A stretch of 60,436 bases of DNA from a virus. Its lineage: Duplodnaviria > Caudoviricetes. A program made the translations under genes and the position numbers. The stretch lies in IMG/VR virus record IMGVR_UViG_3300032287_002746, positions 1 to 60,436 of that record; one strand, written 5' to 3'. The notes beneath the pieces were generated by a model, which was not told the DNA's origin, did not search any database, and worked only from the letters and a program-made list of their open reading frames with translations. Of the stretch, positions 18,197 through 27,506 are shown piece by piece. Position 1 is the first letter of the stretch. Each line of letters starts with the position of its first letter.

Positions 18197-20179
18197 ATGT
18201 CAATGATGTCACGTAATAAGAAATTTTGGATAATGGATTACGAAACAATAGTAAATTGTTTTGTGGCGGTGTTTACTGGATATTCTTCTGGTGAAACCCG
18301 GATCTTTGTTGTAAACAGAGATAGAAACGACTTGCCTGAGTTTCTTGATTTTTTAGATGAAAACATTGAACATAAAGATTGGCATTTTGGATACAATAAT
18401 CTTGCATTTGACGCTCAAATAACTGAATTCATACTTGAAAACAGAAACGAGTTGTCTTATTTATCATCTGATGATTTTACAGCAACAATTGCACAATATG
18501 CAAGTTCTGTTATTGCAAAATCTAATAGAGGAGAATGGTTAGATTATCCAGAGTTTAAGTTGTCCATTCCGTGTGTTGACATATTCAAACTCAACCACTG
18601 GGATGGTACAGCAAAAAGATGTTCTTTAAAGTGGATACAGTTTTCTATGGATTGGTTTAATGTTGAAGAGATGCCTCATCATCATACAGAACCGGTTCTT
18701 ACTGATCAAGTATTAGATTCTATTGTAAGATATTGTATTAATGACGTAAGGTCAACTAAACAAATATTTGTTCTTCGAAATCCTAAAGGAGAGCAAGTAA
18801 TGGCAAGTCAAATAAATTTACGTGCTCAATTGAGTGCAGATTATAGATTAAATCTGTATTCTGCAAGTGAGCCTCGTATAAGTAAAGAGATGTTTCTTCA
18901 CTTCTTATCTGAAAAATTAGGAAAAGATAAGAAAGAAATCAGAGTAATGAAGACAGAACGTGATAACGTAGTTGTCAGAAACATTATCTTACCGAGTATC
19001 AAGTTTGAAACGCCAGAATTTAATGGCGTGTTCAACTGGTTCAAAAGTCAAATAGTAAATACTATGATTGACATTGAACAAGCAGAAACAAAAGGTCCTA
19101 AATACAGGATGATGTTTAAAGGAGTTCCTACTGATTATGGTTTAGGTGGTTTGCACGGATGTATCAGATCTGGTATATACAGTGCAGGTAATGGTAAAAA
19201 GATTTTGTCTGCTGACGTAACGTCTTTTTATCCTAATCTTGCTATTAAAAATGAATGGTCTCCAGCACATATTCCTAAAAGAGACTTTTGTGAACTGTAC
19301 GAATGGTTTTTTGAAGAGAGAAAGAAATATCCAAAAACTTCTCCTTTGAATTATCTATTCAAAATTATATTGAATTCTACTTATGGATTAAGTAAAAATA
19401 AGTATTCGTTTTTGTATGATCCTGAATTTACTTTCAGAATTACTATCAATGGACAATTACAACTATCAATGTTGTATGAGATGATAGCAACCAGAATCCC
19501 TGGTGCTCAACCACTTATGCAAAATACCGATGGTTTGGAGTTTCTTGTAGATGAACAAGATGAAAAGTTATTCTATGAAATCTGTAAAGAGTGGGAAGAG
19601 TTGACATCTTTACAACTTGAAACAGTAGAATATGACAAGATGATTATTGGCGATGTAAATAATTACATTGCAGTATACACCGATGGGAAAACAAAATGCA
19701 AAGGTCGTTTTGAATTTGAAGAACTGGCTCTTCACAAAAACAAATCTCATCTAATAATACCAAAAGCATTGTACGCATATTTCATATTTGGAAAAGATCC
19801 AAAAGATTTTTTAGAAGAAAATAGAAATATATTTGACTATTGTGCAGGAGCAAAACTGAAAGGTAACTGGTTCTTTGAAAAAAGAGGTGTAGTAAATGGC
19901 GAGTATAAAGCAGAAAAACTGCAAAGACTTGTTAGATATTATATTTCTAATGGAGGAGTGAAACTGATTAAGTGTAATCCGGATGGTCGCGAAATACAAT
20001 TGGAAAGTGGTAAACACATGCAGACAATATTTAATTTGCATGAAGAAAAACCATGGGACCAATATGACGTAAATGAAAAGTATTATTTAGATAAGATTTA
20101 CGATGAAATTCAAAAGATAGAAAAGTCATCTATCGTATTACCTCAAGATAAAGTAAATCAACAATTAAGTCTCTTTTAA
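18197..20179 (+). CDS. polB: family B DNA polymerase with 3'-5' exonuclease
   Basis: Exo DYE / YNNLAFD / YCIND; pol DVTSFYPN, KIILNSTYG, NTDG. Confidence 0.95.
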   Translation: MSMMSRNKKFWIMDYETIVNCFVAVFTGYSSGETRIFVVNRDRNDLPEFLDFLDENIEHKDWHFGYNNLAFDAQITEFILENRNELSYLSSDDFTATIAQYASSVIAKSNRGEWLDYPEFKLSIPCVDIFKLNHWDGTAKRCSLKWIQFSMDWFNVEEMPHHHTEPVLTDQVLDSIVRYCINDVRSTKQIFVLRNPKGEQVMASQINLRAQLSADYRLNLYSASEPRISKEMFLHFLSEKLGKDKKEIRVMKTERDNVVVRNIILPSIKFETPEFNGVFNWFKSQIVNTMIDIEQAETKGPKYRMMFKGVPTDYGLGGLHGCIRSGIYSAGNGKKILSADVTSFYPNLAIKNEWSPAHIPKRDFCELYEWFFEERKKYPKTSPLNYLFKIILNSTYGLSKNKYSFLYDPEFTFRITINGQLQLSMLYEMIATRIPGAQPLMQNTDGLEFLVDEQDEKLFYEICKEWEELTSLQLETVEYDKMIIGDVNNYIAVYTDGKTKCKGRFEFEELALHKNKSHLIIPKALYAYFIFGKDPKDFLEENRNIFDYCAGAKLKGNWFFEKRGVVNGEYKAEKLQRLVRYYISNGGVKLIKCNPDGREIQLESGKHMQTIFNLHEEKPWDQYDVNEKYYLDKIYDEIQKIEKSSIVLPQDKVNQQLSLF

Positions 20180-20180
20180 A

Positions 20181-20978
20181 ATGAAAAGAACAGTGAATGG
20201 CATGATTGCCTATGGTAAAATGTTAAGTACACCATTACCAGCAAAAACAAAAACATATACTCCTATCTCTCACAAAGACGTTGTCAGTCGTGTGAGAACA
20301 GAGATAACTGCAGCAGGATATGTGATTACTGGCGAAGATTACAAGTGCACGCAAGATGGTACTGTAGCAATTGGAAATTTTAAATTGAATTATAAAGCAG
20401 ATCCGGATATTGAATTATCTGCAAACTTTATGAATTCATATAATAAACAATATGCATTTAGATTCTCACTTGGAGGATTAGTAAAAGTATGTATGAACGG
20501 TATGATGTTGTCAAACAGTAAGTTTGGTGCATACAAACGCGTTCACAAAGGTGCTGCAGATATACTTGCTGCTGGAAAAATTTCTGAATTTATTAAAGAT
20601 TCAGAAGAATATTGGACAACTTTGGTTCAGCATAAAGAAGCATTAAAAGATCGCATTGTATCAAAACCAATTGCGTACATGATTCTTGGTAAATTATTCT
20701 TTGAACATGAATTACTGACTACAATGCAGTTAAACATGATTAAAAAAGAAATGGAAAAGCCAAGTTTTGAGTATAATGCTGATCCTGAAAGTGCATGGGT
20801 ATTATATAATCACATTACACTTGCATTAAAAGAAGCTCATCCTTCTACTTGGATGGATGATCAAGTAAAAATGCATCAAGTATTTTGTGAGACATTTGGT
20901 ATAAATGATGGAAACGATGACGTTGTCCCGGTATCTGAAGATGAAACAGAGGAAATAGAAGAGTTATTACCTTTTTAA
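20181..20978 (+). CDS. DUF932-like protein
   Basis: YTPISH, NSYN, VCMNG, W.LYNHIT. Confidence 0.75.
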   Translation: MKRTVNGMIAYGKMLSTPLPAKTKTYTPISHKDVVSRVRTEITAAGYVITGEDYKCTQDGTVAIGNFKLNYKADPDIELSANFMNSYNKQYAFRFSLGGLVKVCMNGMMLSNSKFGAYKRVHKGAADILAAGKISEFIKDSEEYWTTLVQHKEALKDRIVSKPIAYMILGKLFFEHELLTTMQLNMIKKEMEKPSFEYNADPESAWVLYNHITLALKEAHPSTWMDDQVKMHQVFCETFGINDGNDDVVPVSEDETEEIEELLPF

Positions 20979-20983
20979 TAATT

Positions 20984-21003
20984 GGGGAGTGTAAAAGCTC
21001 CCC
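20984..21003 (+). terminator. GC-rich hairpin (possible terminator)
   Basis: GGGGAG-TGTAAAAG-CTCCCC with a weak T tail. Confidence 0.55.
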
Positions 21004-21017
21004 TAATATTATTTATT

Positions 21018-21278
21018 ATGAAAATAAATGAGCAATTGCAAAACATGATAGATCTTGAAACAAGAGTAGCTAAATTGCAAGAAAAAATAGAACTTTTAAA
21101 TTCAGAACCAATGATTGATGTTATATTACAAGCAATTATTAAAGTTAGTAAAAAACAAACATCGCACGATGTAGTTCAGTTTACAAAAAGATATCTACGT
21201 AGATATTACAATATTGATATGGATTCAAAATCCGTAAGAGATAGAATAGAATCAATAACTAAACAATTGAAACAATGA
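21018..21278 (+). CDS. hypothetical protein
   Basis: ATG at 21018 after the hairpin (preferred over TTG at 20982). Confidence 0.7.
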   Translation: MKINEQLQNMIDLETRVAKLQEKIELLNSEPMIDVILQAIIKVSKKQTSHDVVQFTKRYLRRYYNIDMDSKSVRDRIESITKQLKQ

Positions 21279-21493
21279 CAAAAAATTTAAAATATGACCA
21301 AGCATTATCGCTTTTGGAAACCGGTAATACTGTTACCAGAAACGATTGGAAAAAAAGAGGAATGTTTCTTTATCTTCCAGAAGGTAGTAAAACTATTGAG
21401 CTAAAAAACGCTGAAGGAACTGTTGATCCAAATTGGAAACCAACTGAAGAAGATATTATTGCTGAAGATTGGGAAATGATTAATTCTTTATAA
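21275..21493 (+). CDS. DUF2829 / Tad2-like protein
   Basis: ALSLLETGNTVTRNDW...WKPTEEDIIAEDWE. Confidence 0.75.
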   Translation: MTKNLKYDQALSLLETGNTVTRNDWKKRGMFLYLPEGSKTIELKNAEGTVDPNWKPTEEDIIAEDWEMINSL

Positions 21494-21494
21494 G

Positions 21495-22184
21495 ATGATT
21501 ATTGGTATTAATGGTAAGATAGGTTCTGGTAAAGATACTATTGGAGAAATAATTCAAGGTCTTTGTTTGACAAATAAAAATCAAACATTTGAAATTAAAA
21601 AGTTTGCTGGCAAATTAAAACAAATTGGTTCAATACTTACAGGTATTCCTGTAGAAAAGTTTGAAGATCAAGAGTTTAAGAAAACATTTTTAAGTAAAGA
21701 GTGGAACTCTCCTTATAATATTCCTTTTTCTGGTCCAGACTTTGTAAAACATGATGGAGAAATGACTGTAAGAGAATTTCTTCAAAAGCTTGGTACAGAA
21801 GCAATGCGTGATGGATTACATACTAATGTATGGGTAAATGCTTTGTTTGCTGATTATAATGCAACTGGATATAATTATACAGGATGTGAAAATAAAGTTA
21901 TTCAAGGTGAATGGGAATATCCTAACTGGATTATTACAGACATGAGATTCCCTAATGAGATGGAAGCTGTTGTAGAAAGAAAAGGAATCACTATCAGAGT
22001 GGTGAGACCACATGGATATACTAATCCTCATACAGGAGAGTATAAAGAAATGCCTTTGAGCTATCACGCAAGTGAGACATCTCTTGATGATTCTAAGTTT
22101 GATTATGAAATTTTAAACGATGGAAGCATTGAAGATCTTGTAGAAAAAGTTAGAGAAATACTAACAAAAGAAAACATAATATGA
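21495..22184 (+). CDS. deoxynucleoside monophosphate kinase
   Basis: GKIGSGKDT, REFLQKLGTE, ITDMRFPNE, HASE. Confidence 0.92.
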   Translation: MIIGINGKIGSGKDTIGEIIQGLCLTNKNQTFEIKKFAGKLKQIGSILTGIPVEKFEDQEFKKTFLSKEWNSPYNIPFSGPDFVKHDGEMTVREFLQKLGTEAMRDGLHTNVWVNALFADYNATGYNYTGCENKVIQGEWEYPNWIITDMRFPNEMEAVVERKGITIRVVRPHGYTNPHTGEYKEMPLSYHASETSLDDSKFDYEILNDGSIEDLVEKVREILTKENII

Positions 22185-22909
22185 AAACATTTGTAATAGG
22201 AGATGTGCACGGTAATTATCGTGCACTTCTACAATGTCTTGAGAAATCAGGATTTGATAAAGAAAATGACAAACTAATATCACTTGGAGACATTGCAGAC
22301 GGTTGGAGCGAAGTTTCTGAGTGTGTTGATACTCTGTTATCAATTAAGAATTTAGTTGCCATACGAGGCAACCATGACGTTTGGTGTCACGATTGGTTTG
22401 AGTATGGTAGAACACCAATCATTTGGGCAGAACAAGGTGGTAGAGCTACTATGGAAGGTTATGTACGTACCGGTAAACTTGTTGAACAACCTCATAAAGA
22501 TTTTTGGAAAAACCAAATAGACTATTACATTGATGATGAAAACAGATTGTTTATTCATGGTGGATGGGATTACATGGAAGGATTTCCACGTGGTGCAATG
22601 TTACCTGTTAACGCAGGAAGTCTTGCAAAAGAATGCCATTGGGACAGAAGTTTATTAATGGGTGCTAAGTCTGCATTTGGTAAAAAGATGTCAAGAAATG
22701 GTAAGTTTAAACCATTACTTGAGTTTAAAGAAATATACATTGGACACACTGCAGAAAACGATGGACCTAATCAGTACGGAAATCTTTGGAATATTGACAC
22801 TGGAGCTGGATGGAATGGTAAATTAACAATAATGGATGTTGACACAAAAGAGTTTTGGCAATCTGATTTTGCTACTCTGTTGTATCCAGATGAACTTGGT
22901 AGAGGATAA
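22181..22909 (+). CDS. Ser/Thr protein phosphatase-like metallophosphoesterase
   Basis: GDVHG, GDIAD, RGNHD, HGG, GHT, IDTG. Confidence 0.9.
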   Translation: MKTFVIGDVHGNYRALLQCLEKSGFDKENDKLISLGDIADGWSEVSECVDTLLSIKNLVAIRGNHDVWCHDWFEYGRTPIIWAEQGGRATMEGYVRTGKLVEQPHKDFWKNQIDYYIDDENRLFIHGGWDYMEGFPRGAMLPVNAGSLAKECHWDRSLLMGAKSAFGKKMSRNGKFKPLLEFKEIYIGHTAENDGPNQYGNLWNIDTGAGWNGKLTIMDVDTKEFWQSDFATLLYPDELGRG

Positions 22910-23760
22910 TGGAAATAAAAAAACAGAAAACAAAAACTTTAGTTACCAGAGATAATGGGAGGAGTAGCGATGCTATTTCTCCCAATTTTATTTATGGTTG
23001 TTTAGGTGGATGCATGAAGAGTTATTGCTATGTAGGTAGATTTAATAATGACAAGTTGTATATTAATGAAAACACCGGTGACATTCTTTCTTCAATACTT
23101 AAATGGGCGGAACCACAACCAATGCCTAAAACACCTAATCAAATTGATGACAAATATTACTGCATTGACATAGGATGCAGTACTGATGTACCTTTGCATA
23201 GTAAATATTATAATTGGCAAAGCGTGTTTGATTTCTTTAACGTGCATCCTAAGTTAAAGTCAACATTTGCCACTAAGTATCCTACTAAATTTGATCCAGG
23301 TAGTTATACTTTAATGAAAGATAAACATAGAATTCGTGTAAGTCTTATGCCTCAGAAGTATGCAGATGTATTAGAACCAAACACTGATAGTATTGCTGAT
23401 AGAATTGCAATGATACCTAAGTTACAAGAGAAGATGGAAGTACACATTAACTTTAGTCCAATCATTTATGAAGAAGGATGGCTTGATGAGTACAGAAATC
23501 TTTTTGAAACACTGATGGCTGCAGGTATTAATGTACCGTGTGAGTGTATATTTCTAACTTACAATAATACATCTTATCAGAACGCGAGTGACGATGTAAA
23601 TGCATTATGTTGGAAACCAGAAATACAAGAATCAAAAGATTCGCAGTATGCTGCAGATAACATTAGATACAAGTATCAGTTAAAAGCAAAAATGATTGCA
23701 GAGTTTAAAGAATTGTACTCAGAGTATTTTGATCCTAAAAACATTAGGTACATATTTTAA
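22909..23760 (+). CDS. spore-photoproduct-lyase-like radical SAM protein
   Basis: GCLGGCMKSYCY, DIGCSTD, FATK, RIRVSLMPQ, HINFSPII. Confidence 0.8.
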   Translation: MEIKKQKTKTLVTRDNGRSSDAISPNFIYGCLGGCMKSYCYVGRFNNDKLYINENTGDILSSILKWAEPQPMPKTPNQIDDKYYCIDIGCSTDVPLHSKYYNWQSVFDFFNVHPKLKSTFATKYPTKFDPGSYTLMKDKHRIRVSLMPQKYADVLEPNTDSIADRIAMIPKLQEKMEVHINFSPIIYEEGWLDEYRNLFETLMAAGINVPCECIFLTYNNTSYQNASDDVNALCWKPEIQESKDSQYAADNIRYKYQLKAKMIAEFKELYSEYFDPKNIRYIF

Positions 23761-23762
23761 TA

Positions 23763-23790
23763 GAAAAACCCCCAGGAATGGGGGTCTTTC
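23763..23790. terminator. bidirectional terminator between convergent genes
   Basis: GAAAAACCCCC-AGGAAT-GGGGGTCTTTC. Confidence 0.75.
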
Positions 23791-23836
23791 AACAGAAGAG
23801 AGAAGAAATCAACTAACTATAAAGAACAGTTGTTTA

Positions 23837-24253
23837 CTAAATCTTCGCAAGTTGGAAATGCATTCCATCCTTACGTGTCCACGTACCTCCCCAATCAAAT
23901 CCTGCATCTGTAAAACATTTTACAAATCCTGCAGATAACACTGGCGTTTTACCAAGACCGTTCCATGCAGCATTAACATCAATAGCGATTGCCCATGAGT
24001 GCAATGACATGCTTGTTAAACCTCTTTTCTTTCTGATATTAAAACATCCATCCCATGTTTTTAATTCTTTTACAAATCCTGTCGCAATAAGATTTTTAAA
24101 TGCTTGCGTGAGTGGAGCAACCAAGTCTTTATTGCAGTATAATCTTTTAGGTATAACACCTATTTCTAATTCAGTTGGTATATCCCACAGAGTCATATTA
24201 GATTCTTTAGTTGGATCACCATATTTTTTTAAACATTGTGCACTTGTTACCAT
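23837..24253 (-). CDS. endolysin, peptidase M15 family
   Basis: R...S.HSWAIAID and DGMHFQ zinc motifs. Confidence 0.9.
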   Translation of the reverse strand: MVTSAQCLKKYGDPTKESNMTLWDIPTELEIGVIPKRLYCNKDLVAPLTQAFKNLIATGFVKELKTWDGCFNIRKKRGLTSMSLHSWAIAIDVNAAWNGLGKTPVLSAGFVKCFTDAGFDWGGTWTRKDGMHFQLAKI

Positions 24254-24259
24254 TGGTTA

Positions 24260-24883
24260 TTATTTTTTAAATGAAATTTTCCAGTATGCGCCTACACCAT
24301 AAGTAAATGTACCATCGAAGTTAATTCCAAGATTTGCTTGGTATATTTGATCTTTTTTAGTTTTGTATAATACACCTGGCGTTACTAATTGTAAAGCATT
24401 TTTATCACCAAAGATATTTCCACCTATGTATAATTGACGTACAGGTTCTTTTTCTTTAGTTATAGTTACCGTTTTTGTGACAAAAGGTATTTTATAATCG
24501 TATATTTTAGTTCTTTTACCAAGTTTATTTAACCAAACAGTGTCAATAACAACAATGGTCCCAAGACTGTCAAGTTTTAAAGTGTCTTGATAAACTCTTC
24601 GAGCAATATGTTGTTTAAGTAAATAGTTAAATCTTGCTCTGCAAGTATCTATATTTTCACCAGAAGTGTATTGTGGACCATCTGGTTTTACATATACAAT
24701 TGATTTTATAGGTACTTTTTTAATAATAGTATCAGTAATATGTTTGTAAATTGTATCGTATTTTATATCTACTTTAGGATCAGCAGTAACTACATCGCCA
24801 CCTGTACAGGATCTTTGTAGAAAAATGATAAGGATAAGTATTCCTATCAATATGTATGTTAAATATGGTTTTATTTTTTGCAT
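24260..24883 (-). CDS. putative spanin-like membrane protein
   Basis: N-terminal TM plus Cys (LQRSC); C-terminal amphipathic beta strands; lies between holin and endolysin. Confidence 0.55.
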   Translation of the reverse strand: MQKIKPYLTYILIGILILIIFLQRSCTGGDVVTADPKVDIKYDTIYKHITDTIIKKVPIKSIVYVKPDGPQYTSGENIDTCRARFNYLLKQHIARRVYQDTLKLDSLGTIVVIDTVWLNKLGKRTKIYDYKIPFVTKTVTITKEKEPVRQLYIGGNIFGDKNALQLVTPGVLYKTKKDQIYQANLGINFDGTFTYGVGAYWKISFKK

Positions 24884-24886
24884 TGG

Positions 24887-25324
24887 TTATGGATTTGTGA
24901 TATCAACATCTTCTTTAACTTCTTTTGCTCTTCTTATAGCGTTTTTAATAATCTTCCATATTTTTATGTTCATTGCTTCTTCAATATTTTCTTTTATTGA
25001 TGTACCTTCAATAAGAATTATTACAATGCAAACAAGTTTAGTAGCAAAAAACTGCACTGAAATAAGACGAATAAGTAAATCATTTAATAAAAACTTGTCA
25101 ATTGGAAAAAGTAAAACAATACATATTTCATATAGTAACAATTTACTTATAATATTAGAAAGTATTCTGCTCCTAATAGAGCACCATCCTTTTAATTTTA
25201 CTGATTTGAATATACCAGTAAACGTGTCTAATAACACGATCATTCCAACTGTAATCACCAATCCTTGTATGGGGGTAAAGAATAGTAATAATCCAGCAAG
25301 TGTGTTTAATAAATAAGTTTTCAT
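24887..25324 (-). CDS. holin (phage holin 4-like)
   Basis: Three hydrophobic segments, DTFTG, E.TSIKEN, basic tail; alternative ATG at 25366. Confidence 0.8.
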   Translation of the reverse strand: MKTYLLNTLAGLLLFFTPIQGLVITVGMIVLLDTFTGIFKSVKLKGWCSIRSRILSNIISKLLLYEICIVLLFPIDKFLLNDLLIRLISVQFFATKLVCIVIILIEGTSIKENIEEAMNIKIWKIIKNAIRRAKEVKEDVDITNP

Positions 25325-25369
25325 CAAAAAAACATTTAATACATAATAAAAATAGTAGGTCTTCATTAT

Positions 25370-25377
25370 TAATATAC
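25370..25377 (-). promoter_or_regulatory. putative late-promoter motif GTATATTA
   Basis: Same octamer upstream of the tail fibre gene. Confidence 0.4.
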
Positions 25378-25580
25378 TAAAAAGTTTAAAAATATACACG
25401 CAATTCAATTACTATTTAATTTTTTATTTTGATATTTGCATTCTCGCTTTGAAAAGCTGTTTTTTATCCTTATCTTAAATAGGTAACTTGAAAAAGTTAG
25501 AAAAATCAGCGATTTTCTGCAACAAACAAAAATCTTAACACAATTCACTTAATAAATAACACTTTAAACCCAATCTCATT

Positions 25581-27440
25581 ATGCAATTAGACAAGCAAAT
25601 TTTGAGCGAAATAACTGTGCATACAAAGTATGCTAAGTTTTTACCAGAACAGGAGCGTAGAGAATCCTGGCAAGAGCTGGTAACACGCAATCGTGACATG
25701 CATCTTCGTAAATTTCCTGACATGGCAGAGGAAATTAAACAGGTGTACGATGAATTCGTATACACAAAAAAGATTTTACCTTCAATGCGTTCTTTACAAT
25801 TTGGTGGTAGAGCAATTGAGTTAAACAATGCTCGTATATACAACTGTGCATTTTTACCAATTGACAGTATTCATAGTTTTAGTGAAACTATGTTTTTATT
25901 ACTTGGTGGAACCGGAGTAGGATACTCAGTACAAGGACATCATATTGATAAACTTCCTGAAATTAGAAAACCTAATTACAATAGAAAGAAAAGATACGTT
26001 GTTCAAGATAGCATTATTGGATGGGGTGACGCTGTTAAAACTTTGTTCAAATCTTATACAGGAGGAGTTACATCTCACATTGAATTTGATTTGTCAGACA
26101 TTAGACCAAAGGGTGCTTTGTTAATTACTGCAGGTGGTAAAGCTCCTGGACCAGAACCATTACGTATTGCGTTAGTAAAAATTGAAGCAATTTTACGCGA
26201 GAAAGAAGATGGTTCAAAACTTACTGATATTGAGTGTCACGATATTCAGTGCCATATTGCAGATGCTGTACTTGCCGGTGGTATTCGTAGAGCAGCAATG
26301 ATTTCTTTATTTGATTTACACAGCATGCAAATGTTGAATTGTAAAGCAGGTAACTGGTGGGAAAACAATCCACAGCGTGGTAGAGCAAATAACTCAGTTG
26401 TATTGCAACGCCACATGATTGACAAAAAGACGTTTGACATGGTATGGGAAAGAATCGAAGCATCTGGATCTGGTGAACCTGGAATATATCTCACCAATGA
26501 TAAAGACTGGGGTACTAATCCATGTTGTGAGATTGCACTACGACCATATCAGTTCTGCAACCTTGTAGAAATAAATATGGGTGAGATTGCTGATCAAGAA
26601 GATTTAAACAGTCGCGCACGTGCTGCATCACTTCTTGCAACCTTGCAAGCATCTTACACTGATTTCCATTACTTGCGTGACATTTGGAGAAAGAATACTG
26701 AAAAAGATGCATTACTTGGTGTATCAATGACAGGAATTGCTTCAAAATCAAACATGGAATTGGATTATGTAGAGGCATCAAGTCATGTAGTTGCAATGAA
26801 TAAAGTAGTTGCTGAGCGTATTGGAATTAATGTTGCTGCAAGAACCACTGCAGTTAAACCAGCTGGTACTACTTCTCTTGTATTAGGTACGTCTTCTGGT
26901 ATTCATGCTTGGCACAATGATTACTATATCCGTCGTATGCGTTTAGGTAAAAACGAAGCCATCTACACTTACCTCGCAATTAACCATCCTGAACTTCTTG
27001 AGGATGAGTACTTTAATCCAAATTTACAATCTGTTATTTCTGTTCCACAAAAAGCACCTGAAGGAGCAATAACACGCCACGAGTCTACATTAGACTTGCT
27101 TGAAAGAGTAAAAACAATTTCTAAAGACTGGGTAAAACCTGGACATATCAAAGGACAAAACACACACAATGTTTCTTGTACTGTTTCAGTAAGACCGGGT
27201 GAATGGAAAATTGTTGGTGAGTGGATGTGGGCAAACAAAGAATACTACAACGGATTGTCTGTGCTTCCTTATGATGGTGGTACGTATAAACAAACACCAT
27301 TTGAAGATTGCACCAAAGAAGTGTATGAGCAAATGATGCTTACTCTAAAAGATGTTGATTTATCTAAAGTAATTGAAGTGGCTGACACTACAAACTTTGG
27401 AGATTCAGTTGCCTGTGGAGGAGCAGGATGCGAAGTATAA
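25581..27440 (+). CDS. nrdJ: class II (adenosylcobalamin-dependent) ribonucleotide reductase
   Basis: NCAF, GGIRRAA, TNPCCEI, VKPAGT, C-terminal CGGAGC; no small subunit nearby. Confidence 0.93.
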   Translation: MQLDKQILSEITVHTKYAKFLPEQERRESWQELVTRNRDMHLRKFPDMAEEIKQVYDEFVYTKKILPSMRSLQFGGRAIELNNARIYNCAFLPIDSIHSFSETMFLLLGGTGVGYSVQGHHIDKLPEIRKPNYNRKKRYVVQDSIIGWGDAVKTLFKSYTGGVTSHIEFDLSDIRPKGALLITAGGKAPGPEPLRIALVKIEAILREKEDGSKLTDIECHDIQCHIADAVLAGGIRRAAMISLFDLHSMQMLNCKAGNWWENNPQRGRANNSVVLQRHMIDKKTFDMVWERIEASGSGEPGIYLTNDKDWGTNPCCEIALRPYQFCNLVEINMGEIADQEDLNSRARAASLLATLQASYTDFHYLRDIWRKNTEKDALLGVSMTGIASKSNMELDYVEASSHVVAMNKVVAERIGINVAARTTAVKPAGTTSLVLGTSSGIHAWHNDYYIRRMRLGKNEAIYTYLAINHPELLEDEYFNPNLQSVISVPQKAPEGAITRHESTLDLLERVKTISKDWVKPGHIKGQNTHNVSCTVSVRPGEWKIVGEWMWANKEYYNGLSVLPYDGGTYKQTPFEDCTKEVYEQMMLTLKDVDLSKVIEVADTTNFGDSVACGGAGCEV

Positions 27441-27455
27441 TGCATACCTATTTAG

Positions 27456-27484
27456 GAAGAGAGTGTTGGGTATACACTCTCTTC
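27456..27484 (+). terminator. hairpin after nrdJ
   Basis: GAAGAGAGTGT-TGGGTAT-ACACTCTCTTC, perfect 11-bp stem, no clear T-run. Confidence 0.6.
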
Positions 27485-27506
27485 ATCACAAGTAAATTAT
27501 TTAAAC

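Noticed and set aside
24825-25316. 163-aa + strand ORF
   Set aside because: Antisense shadow of the holin.
25409-25580. Cobalamin riboswitch upstream of nrdJ
   Set aside because: AT-rich with only weak short stems and no B12-box; better explained as a divergent promoter region.
11437-27440. Inteins or group I introns in dnaB, polB or nrdJ
   Set aside because: Proteins are of normal length with contiguous motifs.
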